Source of the DNA: Faecousia sp.
GTDB taxonomy: Bacteria; Bacillota; Clostridia; Oscillospirales; Oscillospiraceae
Length of the DNA stretch: 64,000 nucleotides
Assembly (NCBI GenBank): GCA_045126495.1
Contig: JBGVON010000052.1
Span: forward strand, 4,516 to 68,515
Direction: 5' to 3'
The notes beneath the pieces are model-generated. The model searched no databases, was not told where the DNA came from, and worked only from the letters and a program-made list of their open reading frames with translations. Below, piece by piece: positions 25,277-35,441 of the stretch. Position numbers and translations under genes: made by a program. Positions within the stretch are counted from its first letter, which is position 1. The number at the start of each line of letters is the position of its first letter.

Positions 25277-26630
25277 AATCGCATCCCGGGCAACGGCTTT
25301 GATCCTGGCAGCGCTGCTGTTGGCAGGGGGATTTGTCTTCTTTTTAGTCGAGTACCTCGCCAAGGCGGATGACTGGGTGGTCTTCGGCGGCTCTCCTCAT
25401 GTGTATAATGGCGGCAATATCGGCTGCGGCGTGGTAGTGGACCGGGACAATACCCTTTTGTTGAATTTGAACGATGGCCGCGTATATTCCAACTCACTGC
25501 CTCTGCGGCAGGCAACGGTCCATTGGTTAGGGGACAGATACGGCAGTATCAGCGCCCCGGCGCTGTCTTACTATGCCGCGGAGATGGCAGGTTTTGACCG
25601 GCTGAATGGCGTGTACAATTACGGGCAGACCGGCGGCGTGGCGGAGCTTACCCTGTCTGCTGCTATGCAGTCCGCTGCGCTGGAAGCTATGGGAGAACAG
25701 AAAGGCACTGTGGCGGTGTTCAATTATAAGACCGGCCAGCTTCTGTGCGCGGTGACCACCCCCACTTATGACCCGGACAATGTCCCCCAGTTTGCAGAGG
25801 GAGATACCCAATATGAGGGCCTGTATGTGAACCGGTTTACCCAGTCTGCCTATACTCCCGGCTCGATTTTTAAGATCGTGACCCTGGCGGCAGCGCTGGA
25901 AACAGATCCGCAGATCGTTAATCAAACCTTCACCTGTACCGGCAGTCATACCATTGGCACAGAGGAGATCACCTGCGAAGATCCCCATTGGAATCAGACC
26001 TTGAAAGAGGCGTTTCGTAACTCCTGTAACTGCGCTTTTGCCCAGATTGCTTTGCAGTTGGGGGCGGAAAAGCTGCACCATTACGTGGAAAAGTTCGGCG
26101 TTACGGATCAAATCACTTTTGATGGTATTACTACGGTGGCGGGTAATTTTCAGGTTCTGGGACAGGCGGATCTGAATGTGGCTTGGAGCAGCATCGGTCA
26201 GTATCTGGACCTTGTGAATCCCTGCGCGTTTATGACATTCATGGGGGCAGTAGCCAATGGCGGCAAGGTGGTTATGCCTTATCTCGTAGAGGAGATCTCC
26301 GTGGCAGGAAACCGTACCTATGATGCAAAGCTAACCATGGGCGATACTATCATATCCAAGGAAACCGCGGCGGTTTTGCAAGAATATCTGAAAAATAACG
26401 TGGACACCAAGTACGGGGCAGAGAACTTCCCTGGACTTACAGTGGGCGCCAAAACCGGCACCGGCGAAGTGGACGGAGGCAAAAAGCCAAACGCCATGCT
26501 GGCAGGTTATGTGGAAAATGAGGATCTGCCATTGGCATTTATCGTGTGCGTGGAGGACGCCGGTTATGGCAGATCTGTTTGCGTACCCATTATTTCTCAT
26601 GTGCTGGATGCAGCCCGCAGTTTGTCTTGA
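25269..26630 (+). CDS. Class B penicillin-binding protein (PbpA-like transpeptidase)
   Basis: N-terminal TM, PGSIFK, SCN, AKTGT. Overlaps the SEDS gene stop. Confidence 0.88.
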   Translation: MNRIASRATALILAALLLAGGFVFFLVEYLAKADDWVVFGGSPHVYNGGNIGCGVVVDRDNTLLLNLNDGRVYSNSLPLRQATVHWLGDRYGSISAPALSYYAAEMAGFDRLNGVYNYGQTGGVAELTLSAAMQSAALEAMGEQKGTVAVFNYKTGQLLCAVTTPTYDPDNVPQFAEGDTQYEGLYVNRFTQSAYTPGSIFKIVTLAAALETDPQIVNQTFTCTGSHTIGTEEITCEDPHWNQTLKEAFRNSCNCAFAQIALQLGAEKLHHYVEKFGVTDQITFDGITTVAGNFQVLGQADLNVAWSSIGQYLDLVNPCAFMTFMGAVANGGKVVMPYLVEEISVAGNRTYDAKLTMGDTIISKETAAVLQEYLKNNVDTKYGAENFPGLTVGAKTGTGEVDGGKKPNAMLAGYVENEDLPLAFIVCVEDAGYGRSVCVPIISHVLDAARSLS

Positions 26631-26690
26631 AAGTAAAATACGGATAATTTCGTGCACCCCTTGCATAGGCTTTATGCAGGGGGTGTTTTT

Positions 26691-26840
26691 ATGTGCCGAC
26701 GGAATCAGCTTTGGGGTTATTTGTTTCTTGCTTTTGGTATTGGCGTGCTGGTTGGAACTTGGCTGGAAAGCGGACTTTTTTGTCATTTGTTCGGACTTCT
26801 GGCGATATTCTCCGGTGTGGGGATATGCAGCAGAAAATAG
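26691..26840 (+). CDS. Small hydrophobic protein (49 aa)
   Basis: MCRRNQLWGYLFLAFGIGVLVGTWLESGLFCHLFGLLAIFSGVGICSRK with two TM-like stretches. AGGGGGTG RBS. Confidence 0.5.
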   Translation: MCRRNQLWGYLFLAFGIGVLVGTWLESGLFCHLFGLLAIFSGVGICSRK

Positions 26841-26843
26841 TTG

Positions 26844-26872
26844 GCATAAACTTGTCCCGGGATGAATATGAT
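26844..26872 (+). promoter_or_regulatory. Possible SigE-type promoter for the SipL-like gene
   Basis: GCATAAA-14 bp-AATATGAT resembles the mother-cell SigE consensus. Match is imperfect. Confidence 0.4.
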
Positions 26873-26905
26873 CTGGTATCAGAAGTTTCATAAGGAGTGA
26901 TTTGC

Positions 26906-28405
26906 GTGGAAATGCAATTTGACAAAATTCCCGTGGAATACATACAAAAGCTCACCGGTCAGCACTGTTGTCAGGAGGAGACGACAGAGGTGCGCCTGCC
27001 GGACGGTATGCCGGACATCGGTAGAGTCTTAGGCGCTTGGGGACAGGTGATCGTCCGGGGTAAGGAGTGGAACGGGGGTCACATGGCGGTGTCCTGTGGG
27101 GTGATGGCATGGGTGCTGTATATTCCGGAGGATGAGACAGGCGTTCAAAGTGTAGAGGCATGGCTGCCCTTTTCTGTGAAGTGGGAATTGCCGGAGACCC
27201 GGCATGATGGAAAGATCCTTACCAATTGCCTTTTGAAGGGTGTGGATGCCCGCAGCACCTCCGCAAGAAAACTAATGGTCCGCGCCACCTTGTGCGCATA
27301 TGGGGAAGCGTGGCTTCCGGATCAGGCGGAAGCGGCAGTCCCCCCGGAGCGATGGGAAGACGTGGAACTTTTGACTGCCGCATACCCGGTGATGCTGCCC
27401 AAGGAGGCTGGGGAAAAGGCTTTCTTTTTGGAGGAGCAGATCACAACCCCTGCATCGGGAAATAAGCTCCAAAAGCTGATGTATTATACCTTGCAGCCGG
27501 AGATCCTTGAAAAGAAGGTGATGGCAGGGAAGATGGTGTTCCGTGGAAATGCCGCCCTGCACGCGCTCTATCGGACAGAGGATGGAAATTTAGCAACCTT
27601 GGACTATGACTTACCATTTTCTCAGTATGCGGATCTCAATGGCGAGTATGATCAGGATGCGTGGTTGTCGGTGCAGCCTTGTATTACCAGCCTGGATCTG
27701 ATGCCGGATGAAAACGGGGTATTGCAGCTGAAAGCAGGGCTTTTGGGGCAGTATATGCTATGGGATCGCACCATGGTGCAAGTAGCAGAGGATGCATACA
27801 GTCCCCGCAGACAGGTTAAGCCCATGATGCAGCAACTGTTGTTGCCGGCAGTTCTTGACCGGTGTGAGCAAAGTGTACATGCCGAGCAGTCAGCGCAGGC
27901 AGAAGTGCAGCAGCTGGTGGATGTGACGTTCTGTCCGTGCCACGGCCAGGTAGAATATACGGATTCCGGTGTGGCGATTGCCTTGCCGGGGCAGTTCCAG
28001 ATGCTCTACTATGATATGGAGGGAAGCCTTTGCCATACAGTTGTCCCTTGGCAGGGACAATGGCAATGGAATGCCGCCCGTGAATGCCCGGTGGACACCC
28101 GGTTATATCCTGTGGGCAGAGCTCAGGCAGTGCCGGGTGGGGCAGCGGTGAATCTTCGGGGTGAGGTGCTGGTGGACGGGGTGACTGTCGCCGGGCAAGG
28201 GATTCCCATGGTAACAGGCATTGAAATGGGAGAGCCGGAAAAACCCGATCCCAACAGACCTGCCCTGATTCTGTGCAGAAAAGGGGACAGACGGCTGTGG
28301 GATGTGGCGAAACAGACCGGTACCACGGTGGATCGGATTCTGGCAGCCAATCAGCTGGATGGAGAGCCGCATGCAGATCGGATCTTGCTGATCCCGGTAT
28401 CGTAA
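26906..28405 (+). CDS. SPOCS (DUF3794) repeat plus C-terminal LysM protein, SipL-like spore coat morphogenetic protein
   Basis: LPDGMPDIGRVL SPOCS motif, KVM.GK.VFRG second repeat, C-terminal GDRRLWDVAK...TTVDRI..AN.L LysM. Confidence 0.75.
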   Translation: MEMQFDKIPVEYIQKLTGQHCCQEETTEVRLPDGMPDIGRVLGAWGQVIVRGKEWNGGHMAVSCGVMAWVLYIPEDETGVQSVEAWLPFSVKWELPETRHDGKILTNCLLKGVDARSTSARKLMVRATLCAYGEAWLPDQAEAAVPPERWEDVELLTAAYPVMLPKEAGEKAFFLEEQITTPASGNKLQKLMYYTLQPEILEKKVMAGKMVFRGNAALHALYRTEDGNLATLDYDLPFSQYADLNGEYDQDAWLSVQPCITSLDLMPDENGVLQLKAGLLGQYMLWDRTMVQVAEDAYSPRRQVKPMMQQLLLPAVLDRCEQSVHAEQSAQAEVQQLVDVTFCPCHGQVEYTDSGVAIALPGQFQMLYYDMEGSLCHTVVPWQGQWQWNAARECPVDTRLYPVGRAQAVPGGAAVNLRGEVLVDGVTVAGQGIPMVTGIEMGEPEKPDPNRPALILCRKGDRRLWDVAKQTGTTVDRILAANQLDGEPHADRILLIPVS

Positions 28406-28415
28406 GGATAGAAAA

Positions 28416-28446
28416 ACCGCCGCTGTGTGGGAGATGCACAGCGGCG
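28416..28446 (+). terminator. Hairpin after the SipL-like gene
   Basis: CCGCCGCTGTG-9 nt-CACAGCGGCGG. Confidence 0.55.
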
Positions 28447-28563
28447 GTGGCGGTTGTCGCATTCGGGGAGAATGTCCGCCACATAACAGATTAACGCAGA
28501 GCCTTTTTGGATTCAAGGGAATCCTGTCGAAGGCCTGCGTTATTTTCTGGGCGGAAAATGGTG

Positions 28564-28592
28564 TTGATTTCTGGGGGAAAGTGATGTAGAAT
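28564..28592 (+). promoter_or_regulatory. SigA-type promoter of the YesL-like gene
   Basis: TTGATT-17 bp-TAGAAT. Confidence 0.55.
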
Positions 28593-28621
28593 ACTAGAAA
28601 AAGAAAACATGGAGACAGAGT

Positions 28622-29299
28622 ATGAATAAGCTATTTGATTTGAACAGCCCAATTATGCGGCTTCTTTCCCGACTGACGGATATGGTGTTTCTCAGCATTT
28701 TGTGGGTGATTTGCTGTCTGCCGGTAATCACCATCGGACCTGCCACCACAGCCATGTACTCCGTAGCGCTGAAATGGGCAAGACAGGATGAGGTGAAGCT
28801 GGGATCTGCTTTCTTTCAATCCTTCAAGAAGAATTTCAAGCAGGGCGTGGTTCTGAATATCATCTTCATGGTGGTTGGCGTTATTTTGGTTTTGGACTAT
28901 GTTTTTATGTCAGCCATGAACACCACTGCTGGAAATATTTGCAGTGGCTGCTTCTTTGCTTTGGGGATCTGGATGTTGTGCATCATGTTCTATACCTATC
29001 CCTTGCAGGCGCAGTTTGTGAACACCATTCGGCAAACATTGCTCAATGCAGCGATTCTGTCCATGCGTAAATTGATGGATACGGTGATCGTGTTTGTGCT
29101 GAATATGTTGCCGGTGATTGTATTGTACATCTCTGTGAGAATGTTCTCCTCTTTGGAATTGTTTGTGAGACTGGCGCCTGTCTGGATTTTGGTTGCGCCC
29201 GGCGTGACTGCATTTTTGTGCGCCAAGCGTTTTGTAAAGCTTTTTGATCCGTATTTGCCTAAGGAAGAGACGGGAAATTTCCAGGAAACAGAAGAATAA
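28622..29299 (+). CDS. YesL/DUF624 family membrane protein
   Basis: NILW-like SILWVICCLPVITIGPATTAM, FFQSFKKNFKQG, four TM helices. Confidence 0.85.
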   Translation: MNKLFDLNSPIMRLLSRLTDMVFLSILWVICCLPVITIGPATTAMYSVALKWARQDEVKLGSAFFQSFKKNFKQGVVLNIIFMVVGVILVLDYVFMSAMNTTAGNICSGCFFALGIWMLCIMFYTYPLQAQFVNTIRQTLLNAAILSMRKLMDTVIVFVLNMLPVIVLYISVRMFSSLELFVRLAPVWILVAPGVTAFLCAKRFVKLFDPYLPKEETGNFQETEE

Positions 29300-29302
29300 C
29301 TT

Positions 29303-29332
29303 AAAAGGCGTGCTTCGGCACGCCTTATTTTT
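29303..29332 (+). terminator. Intrinsic terminator
   Basis: AAGGCGTGC-TTCG-GCACGCCTT followed by ATTTTTT. Confidence 0.8.
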
Positions 29333-29342
29333 TTGAAAACCC

Positions 29343-29371
29343 TTGCGCCAAGCGGTGTTGTATGGTAAAAT
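29343..29371 (+). promoter_or_regulatory. SigA-type promoter of the marR-ABC operon
   Basis: TTGCGC-17 bp-TAAAAT with an extended TG. Confidence 0.55.
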
Positions 29372-29408
29372 ATACAGGTACCTTACTAAATTACGCGGAG
29401 GTTCTGAA

Positions 29409-29858
29409 ATGGAATTGGAACATACCATTATGCGGCGGGTTATGCGAATCGCTTCCCAATCCCGCAGAAAGCTGCCCCGTGCGCAAAGGGGTGAACAACC
29501 GCACTGCCGTGGTTTTGGACATATTCTTGACTTGCTGACAGAAAATGACGGTATGAGCCAGCAGCAAGTTGCAGAGATGTTGGATATCCGTCCCCAGTCC
29601 GCATCGGAAGCCATTGCCAATATGGAGCAATTGGGTTTGGTGCGAAAAGTGGTGAGCGAGCTGGACAGACGCAGTAGCTTGATTTATATTACCCCTGAGG
29701 GAAGACAGCATCAACAAGCGCTTTTGGCAGATCGGATACAAAACGCCAAACGCGTCATGTCTCCATTGAGTGATACGGAAAAACAGGCGCTTCTGCATCT
29801 TTTGAACAAGGTGACGGATGCCTTGCAGGAAAACAAGGAGGAAACGAAATGGCTATGA
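29409..29858 (+). CDS. MarR family transcriptional regulator
   Basis: ILDLL.ENDGMSQQ.VA..LDI.P.S.S..I..ME..GLV.K.....DRRS.LIYIT.EG. Confidence 0.9.
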   Translation: MELEHTIMRRVMRIASQSRRKLPRAQRGEQPHCRGFGHILDLLTENDGMSQQQVAEMLDIRPQSASEAIANMEQLGLVRKVVSELDRRSSLIYITPEGRQHQQALLADRIQNAKRVMSPLSDTEKQALLHLLNKVTDALQENKEETKWL

Positions 29859-31834
29859 ATCCTATGGGCGGAAGAATGCCCCCTAATTATCAGCGACCTG
29901 CGCCCCCTGCGTCTTTACAGGATCTGCCCCGGTATTTGTCTCAGGTATTTGGTGGATTCTTTAAGCGGTTTTTCTATATCTTGAAGCTGGTATGGAACAC
30001 CGGCCACTGGATCCCTGTTTTGTTGACCTTTGTGGCGCTTTTCAAGGGCGTGACTCCGGTTGTCGGTTCGTTGATCTCTCAGCGCATTCTGAACGGTTTG
30101 CAGGAGGTCATTCGGCTTGGTTCTCTGCCGGAAAGCGACTTCTGGAAATCGGGGATTTTGTATCTGCTGATCGCATTCTTTGTTTATCGGTTGCTGATTT
30201 TGGTGGTCAATAACATCAGCAACGCTTTGAACCGGATCGCCGGTGAAAAGGTGGTCATGGAAGTGAAGAAGCAGATCATCCACAAGTCCAAGGAGATCGA
30301 CCTTGCCTCCTTTGACAATGCTGCCTTCTATGAAAAAATGGAAAATGCGGAACGGGAAGCCGGTCACAGACCGTTACATATCCTCACACAGACCCTGGGC
30401 ATTATCAGTTCTGTGATTGAACTTGTCAGTTTTATGGTGGTGCTGCTCTCTGTACCGGGACTTTCCTGGATTACCTTTGTGGTGATTTTGATATCTGTTC
30501 CGTCCGCAATCATCAATTTTATTTATCGCCGCAAGAATTTCCGCTATATGCGATTCAGTTCCAGGGAACGCCGGCAGATGAACTATTTTTCCCGCATTCT
30601 GGTGGATAAGGATCTGGTCAAGGAGATCCGTCTGTACGACTTGGCGGACAACTTTATCGGCCGCTATTTTACAGCATTCAAGGCCTATTACAAGGGCTTG
30701 CGGAAGCTGATTCTCACCGAGGGCGCGTGGCATATTTTCTTCTCGGTGATCACCGGCGTGTCCAATCTGATCTTCTATGTGATCATTGCCAAACGTGTGT
30801 TTACCGGCCAGTTTCAAATCGGTGACTATACCCTTTATACCGGCGCCATCGCCTCTGTGGCCAACTGCATCAGTACCCTGATCACCTCCACCGGCACCAT
30901 TTACGAGGGTACACTGTTTATTGACAATTTGATTACCTTTATGAACGAAAAGCAGACCATTACACCTGTGGTGCAGCCCGCTGAAAAGGTGCAGCATGGG
31001 GGCGCGCATACCATTGAATTTGTGGACGTGAGTTTTCGTTATCCCGGCACAAAGCGGGATGTTTTGAAAAATATCAGCTTTACCATTCATCCCGGTGAAA
31101 CCCTTGCCTTGGTAGGTCTGAACGGCGCGGGCAAGACCACCCTGATTAAATTGCTGACTCGTCTTTATGATCCCACCTCCGGACAGATTCTTCTGGACGG
31201 TAAGGATTTGAAGTGCTATGACGTAAAGAGCCTGTATCAGACCTTCGGTATTATTTTCCAGGACTTTGGTAAGTATGCGCTGACGGTAAAGGAAAATATC
31301 CAGTTGGGGGATATTCGTAAGGAATGCGATATGGATACGGTGCTGTACGCTGCCCGGCAGAGCACCGCCGGTGAGTATATTGATAAGCTGCCCGGCGGTT
31401 ATGATACGCCGCTGATGCGTATTTTTGAACAGAACGGTCTGGAACTGTCCATCGGACAGTGGCAAAAGCTTGCTATTGCCAGAGCCTTCTATGCCGACAG
31501 CGACATTATGATTCTGGACGAGCCTACTGCATCTCTGGACCCCATGGCAGAACAGGAGATATTCAATCAGTTCGATCAGCTGCGGAATAATAAGACCACC
31601 GTGTTTGTTTCTCACCGTTTGTCCAGCGCCACCATAGCGGATCAGATCTTGGTGATTGAAAACGGTTGCCTGATCGAAAAGGGAAGCCACCAGGAGTTAA
31701 TGACGCAAAAGGGGAGGTATTTTGATCTGTTCACTACCCAGTCCAAGCGGTATATAACCCAGGAAAATGCCGAGGAATTGCCCCGTCCACGGCGACCTTT
31801 CCCCGGTAGTTTTCATCAAGTCGGCAATAAATGA
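29849..31834 (+). CDS. ABC exporter, fused permease and ATPase
   Basis: TM domain, then GLNGAGKTT (Walker A), LSIGQWQK (signature), ILDEPT (Walker B), SHRLS. Confidence 0.92.
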   Translation: MAMNPMGGRMPPNYQRPAPPASLQDLPRYLSQVFGGFFKRFFYILKLVWNTGHWIPVLLTFVALFKGVTPVVGSLISQRILNGLQEVIRLGSLPESDFWKSGILYLLIAFFVYRLLILVVNNISNALNRIAGEKVVMEVKKQIIHKSKEIDLASFDNAAFYEKMENAEREAGHRPLHILTQTLGIISSVIELVSFMVVLLSVPGLSWITFVVILISVPSAIINFIYRRKNFRYMRFSSRERRQMNYFSRILVDKDLVKEIRLYDLADNFIGRYFTAFKAYYKGLRKLILTEGAWHIFFSVITGVSNLIFYVIIAKRVFTGQFQIGDYTLYTGAIASVANCISTLITSTGTIYEGTLFIDNLITFMNEKQTITPVVQPAEKVQHGGAHTIEFVDVSFRYPGTKRDVLKNISFTIHPGETLALVGLNGAGKTTLIKLLTRLYDPTSGQILLDGKDLKCYDVKSLYQTFGIIFQDFGKYALTVKENIQLGDIRKECDMDTVLYAARQSTAGEYIDKLPGGYDTPLMRIFEQNGLELSIGQWQKLAIARAFYADSDIMILDEPTASLDPMAEQEIFNQFDQLRNNKTTVFVSHRLSSATIADQILVIENGCLIEKGSHQELMTQKGRYFDLFTTQSKRYITQENAEELPRPRRPFPGSFHQVGNK

Positions 31835-31931
31835 TACAATTTGTAACCGCTTTTGTGCAAAATAACGATAAATATTGTCGGACCATTGCAAAAAAATGTT
31901 GTTAAAATAAAAAAAAGTGAAGATAGTGACC

Positions 31932-31960
31932 TTGTATTATTTGCATTTTTAAGCTATAAT
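31932..31960 (+). promoter_or_regulatory. SigA-type promoter of the two-component system
   Basis: TTGTAT-17 bp-TATAAT. Confidence 0.6.
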
Positions 31961-32064
31961 CTACATGTTAAACTGGCTTGTAATGTAGTTATTGGAAAAA
32001 TCAATAATACAAGGAGCGATTAACCCGCAGATCAACCCCCGATACACATAGATGAGGTGAAACC

Positions 32065-33624
32065 GTGTTCAAGCTTGTAATTGTCGAAGACGAGGATAAT
32101 ATCAGGCACTCTTTGGAGTGTTATATTCCTTGGGAACAGCTTGGTTTCCAGGTGGTTGGTACTTTCTGTGACGGTTCCGATGCTCTTGCATATCTGCGGG
32201 AGAATCCCTGCGATGTGGTATTGACAGATATCCTTATGAGCCGCATGAGCGGTCTGGAACTGATTCGTAATCTTCATGAGATCCACCCCCGGACCAAAGC
32301 AGTCATTCTCAGCGGTCATGGTGAGTTTACCTATGCGCAGCAGGCTATTGAATATAAAGTGGCACACTATCTGGTCAAGCCCGTGGATGAGGATGAGTTG
32401 ATCGAAGTCTTTAAGGGACTCGGCAATGAGCTTGCTTCCCAACAGGAAGAACAGTCGGCTGCGCAAACGGAGAATCAGGATTTGAAGCTGATGCTTCGGA
32501 GAACTTTCTTCCGTGATCTGCTTACCGGCAATATCACCTCTGAAAATGAATTGCGTGTATATTTGAAATTGCTGGGACTGGATAGTACGGGGAATGATTG
32601 TCAGTTCTTTGCGTTTGAAATAAAGGCTATGTATCAGCGGTCTGATGATCCGGAAGGGGATCACCCGGAACTTCCGGTGGAGGATATATTCCGGCAGCAG
32701 GTTGCCTTTGAAGTTCAGAAGTACAGAGCATTCCTGCTGGAAGGCAGGCACGATCATTGGCGTGTGGCCTTTATTGGACTACCCCAAGGGGAAAGTACAG
32801 ATCTGCGAAAGCTTTGCAGTCAGCGGATGCAGGCGTTTAGTTCAGAGCTGGGCGATCAGACCGGCAGAGAATTTACATTCCATCTGACCCACAGTGTTAT
32901 GCACCTTACAGAGCTGCTGGCGGAATCTCATGATTACAGAAGCCCGAAACAGACCCAACAGATGGATGATGCTTTGTGTGAAGCGGTTGTGTCTGATTAC
33001 AGGCTGTTGATTGTAGAACTGGATCTGGGCAGCAAGGATACACTTGTACATCTTCTCAACGGTATTCTTTACAGATTGAAGGATATCTCCTTAGAGGAAG
33101 TGCAGTTCGTTCTGAAAAATCTCTATTCCGTGGTGGAACTGGATTATAAAAAGCGAAAGTTAAATGTGTGGGACATCACAGACGGTAGGTTTAATTTTAA
33201 TCACTTGTACCGCGCCAAAGATTCGGAAGCCGTTGCTTCTTGCTTGCGGGAAGATTTCTGCATTCTCTGCGATGGACTGAAAAACAGAAAGCCTGTCAGC
33301 GAGCACGGTGTGGTAGGCCGACTCGTTCAATACTTAAACGAGCACCTGAACGAGGATATCGCCCATGATGTGATCGCTACAAAGTATCGGATCCATCCGG
33401 GTTACCTGAGCCGCCTGTTTAAACAGGAAATGGGCGAGACCCTGTCGGAGTACCTTTTGCGTATGCGGATCGAAAAGGCAGCAGGTCTGTTAAAAGAGGG
33501 CCGTCACAAGGTTGGCGAAATTGCCGGCATGGTGGGATATAGCGCTTCTTCTTATTTTTCTATCATGTTTAAAAAGTATACCGGCTATTCTCCCCGTGAG
33601 TATGTCCAGAGGGTGTCGCTGTGA
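32065..33624 (+). CDS. YesN-like response regulator (REC plus AraC HTH)
   Basis: IVEDE, LTDILM..MSGLEL, YLVKP; C-terminal YLSRLFK, GY..SSYFS..FKK.TG.SP.EY. Confidence 0.93.
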   Translation: MFKLVIVEDEDNIRHSLECYIPWEQLGFQVVGTFCDGSDALAYLRENPCDVVLTDILMSRMSGLELIRNLHEIHPRTKAVILSGHGEFTYAQQAIEYKVAHYLVKPVDEDELIEVFKGLGNELASQQEEQSAAQTENQDLKLMLRRTFFRDLLTGNITSENELRVYLKLLGLDSTGNDCQFFAFEIKAMYQRSDDPEGDHPELPVEDIFRQQVAFEVQKYRAFLLEGRHDHWRVAFIGLPQGESTDLRKLCSQRMQAFSSELGDQTGREFTFHLTHSVMHLTELLAESHDYRSPKQTQQMDDALCEAVVSDYRLLIVELDLGSKDTLVHLLNGILYRLKDISLEEVQFVLKNLYSVVELDYKKRKLNVWDITDGRFNFNHLYRAKDSEAVASCLREDFCILCDGLKNRKPVSEHGVVGRLVQYLNEHLNEDIAHDVIATKYRIHPGYLSRLFKQEMGETLSEYLLRMRIEKAAGLLKEGRHKVGEIAGMVGYSASSYFSIMFKKYTGYSPREYVQRVSL

Positions 33625-35441
33625 TGGACGGAAGAAAAACAGCGTGGCCTTATATTAAGGGGTATAAATTCAACAGCTTGCTGCTGAAAACCTTTATTTA
33701 TGTGTTTGTTCTGGTGATTATACCTCTTATGATGGTATTGAGCCTGAATTATAATAAATTCAATGGCGTGGTTAATAACCGCGTTATGGATATGAATGAA
33801 AGCCTCCTGCAAAAAAATGCGGTGGTGACAGATAATATTATGGTGGGCCTGCTGGACAGTGTTAATAAAATGTCGCAGCTTGGTTCTGTGATGGAAGTTG
33901 TACAAACTGAGGAAACGGACGAGACCTACAATGAGAAGGTCACAAAGACCGTTACGGAAGTACAGAACTATACCAAGTCCAACAGCATGATCCTTTCTAC
34001 AAGCATCTACTCTGATGTGACTGGAATGCTTATTGATGAAGCTGGCGCCAAATGGGCGAATCAGACCATCAATGCAGGAAAATGGTACGATATCCATAAA
34101 AAATTTCCCATGGTGATACCGTATATCTTGGTAAATCATTCCAACAGCATTTACATCTGCCAGCCTATCTGGTCTGCCAGAGGCGAGCGGGTAGGACTGT
34201 TTGTGCTTGAAGTGGAGTTTCAAAAGATCCGTGACGTTCTGGAAAGTCAGGATACTGCACAGCAGGGCATCTTTTTTGTGATGGATGTCAGCGGTCAGAT
34301 CATATATTCTAATGAGCGCAGAAGCGCTTCTTGGAATGAAGCTGCCATAAAAGGATATGAAGACGATATCACCAAGGTAAAAACCGGTGAATCCCGTCTG
34401 GTGACAGGTCACGGCAAGCGGGTGGTCTCCGTTATGGAATCCTCCCATAAAAGCTGGCGCTATGCGTTTGTGACAGACTTGCCGGATTATAAGGAAGAGG
34501 TCGAGGTTGTCCGAACTTTTCTGATTTCCTCTATTACTGTTGGCGTACTGACCAGCTTGATTGTCGCTTATTTGATTACATATTTTACGTATCGTCCCAT
34601 TCGGAAGATTATGAATGTGATCCAGAATCCCCAACTTCATTGGAATGAGCGGGAAGCCACCAAGGCATCCAACGAATTGCTTTTTATTACCAGCAATATC
34701 ATGGCGGACGGCGATCCGGAGTCGGACATTTCCGAAGAGTTGGGCGACAGAATACGCTCTCTGCGGCAAGCCCAGTTCCGGGCGTTGCAGTTTCAGATTG
34801 ATCCCCACTTCCTCTATAATACCTTGGAGACGATCAAGTGGAATGCAGTGGCGGAGATGGGTCTTGGAAACAAAACCAGCAAAATGCTCACCAAGGTTGC
34901 TAGACTGTACCGTTTGGGTCTTGAAAATGATGATGTGATCGTTTCACTGAAAGAGGAGCTGGATTTCCTAAAACTCTATATTGAGATTGTACAGATCCGT
35001 TTTGGCGAATCTATACAGTTTCATTGGAATATAGATGAAAACCTATACCAATGCAGTATGATAAAAATGTGCTTACAGCCTATCGTTGAAAATGCTATTC
35101 AGCATGGTCTGCGGCCGAAGAACTATATTGGTAACATTACCGTTTCAGCAAAGTTAATTGATGAACAGCTACACGTTAGCGTGGAAGATGACGGACAGAA
35201 TATGGCTCTGTCCGAAATGAAGCGGCTCAATGAAAAACTCAGAACAGGAGCAGGTTTTGAAGAGAGTAAGGTAGGCCTGCGGAATGTGAATGAACGGATT
35301 AAGTTAATATATGGAAAGAAATACGGTGTGAGCATCGAGAACGTTGTACCGCAGGATGATACCGCGGACGACAGCAGCGGTGTGCGCGTTGTGCTTACCT
35401 TTCCGTGCAGAAATTTAAATAGGAGTGAGGAAACGAAATGA
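33624..35441 (+). CDS. YesM-like sensor histidine kinase
   Basis: Two TM helices around an extracellular Cache-like region, LQFQIDPHFLYNTLE, LQPIVENAIQHG, GLRNVNERIKL.YG. Confidence 0.93.
   Translation: MDGRKTAWPYIKGYKFNSLLLKTFIYVFVLVIIPLMMVLSLNYNKFNGVVNNRVMDMNESLLQKNAVVTDNIMVGLLDSVNKMSQLGSVMEVVQTEETDETYNEKVTKTVTEVQNYTKSNSMILSTSIYSDVTGMLIDEAGAKWANQTINAGKWYDIHKKFPMVIPYILVNHSNSIYICQPIWSARGERVGLFVLEVEFQKIRDVLESQDTAQQGIFFVMDVSGQIIYSNERRSASWNEAAIKGYEDDITKVKTGESRLVTGHGKRVVSVMESSHKSWRYAFVTDLPDYKEEVEVVRTFLISSITVGVLTSLIVAYLITYFTYRPIRKIMNVIQNPQLHWNEREATKASNELLFITSNIMADGDPESDISEELGDRIRSLRQAQFRALQFQIDPHFLYNTLETIKWNAVAEMGLGNKTSKMLTKVARLYRLGLENDDVIVSLKEELDFLKLYIEIVQIRFGESIQFHWNIDENLYQCSMIKMCLQPIVENAIQHGLRPKNYIGNITVSAKLIDEQLHVSVEDDGQNMALSEMKRLNEKLRTGAGFEESKVGLRNVNERIKLIYGKKYGVSIENVVPQDDTADDSSGVRVVLTFPCRNLNRSEETK

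Noticed and set aside
29838-35440. Identical GAGGAAACGAAATG at two gene junctions (before 29849 and 35438)
   Set aside because: Mostly RBS, spacer and ATG constrained by translational coupling. Too short to imply a repeat family.
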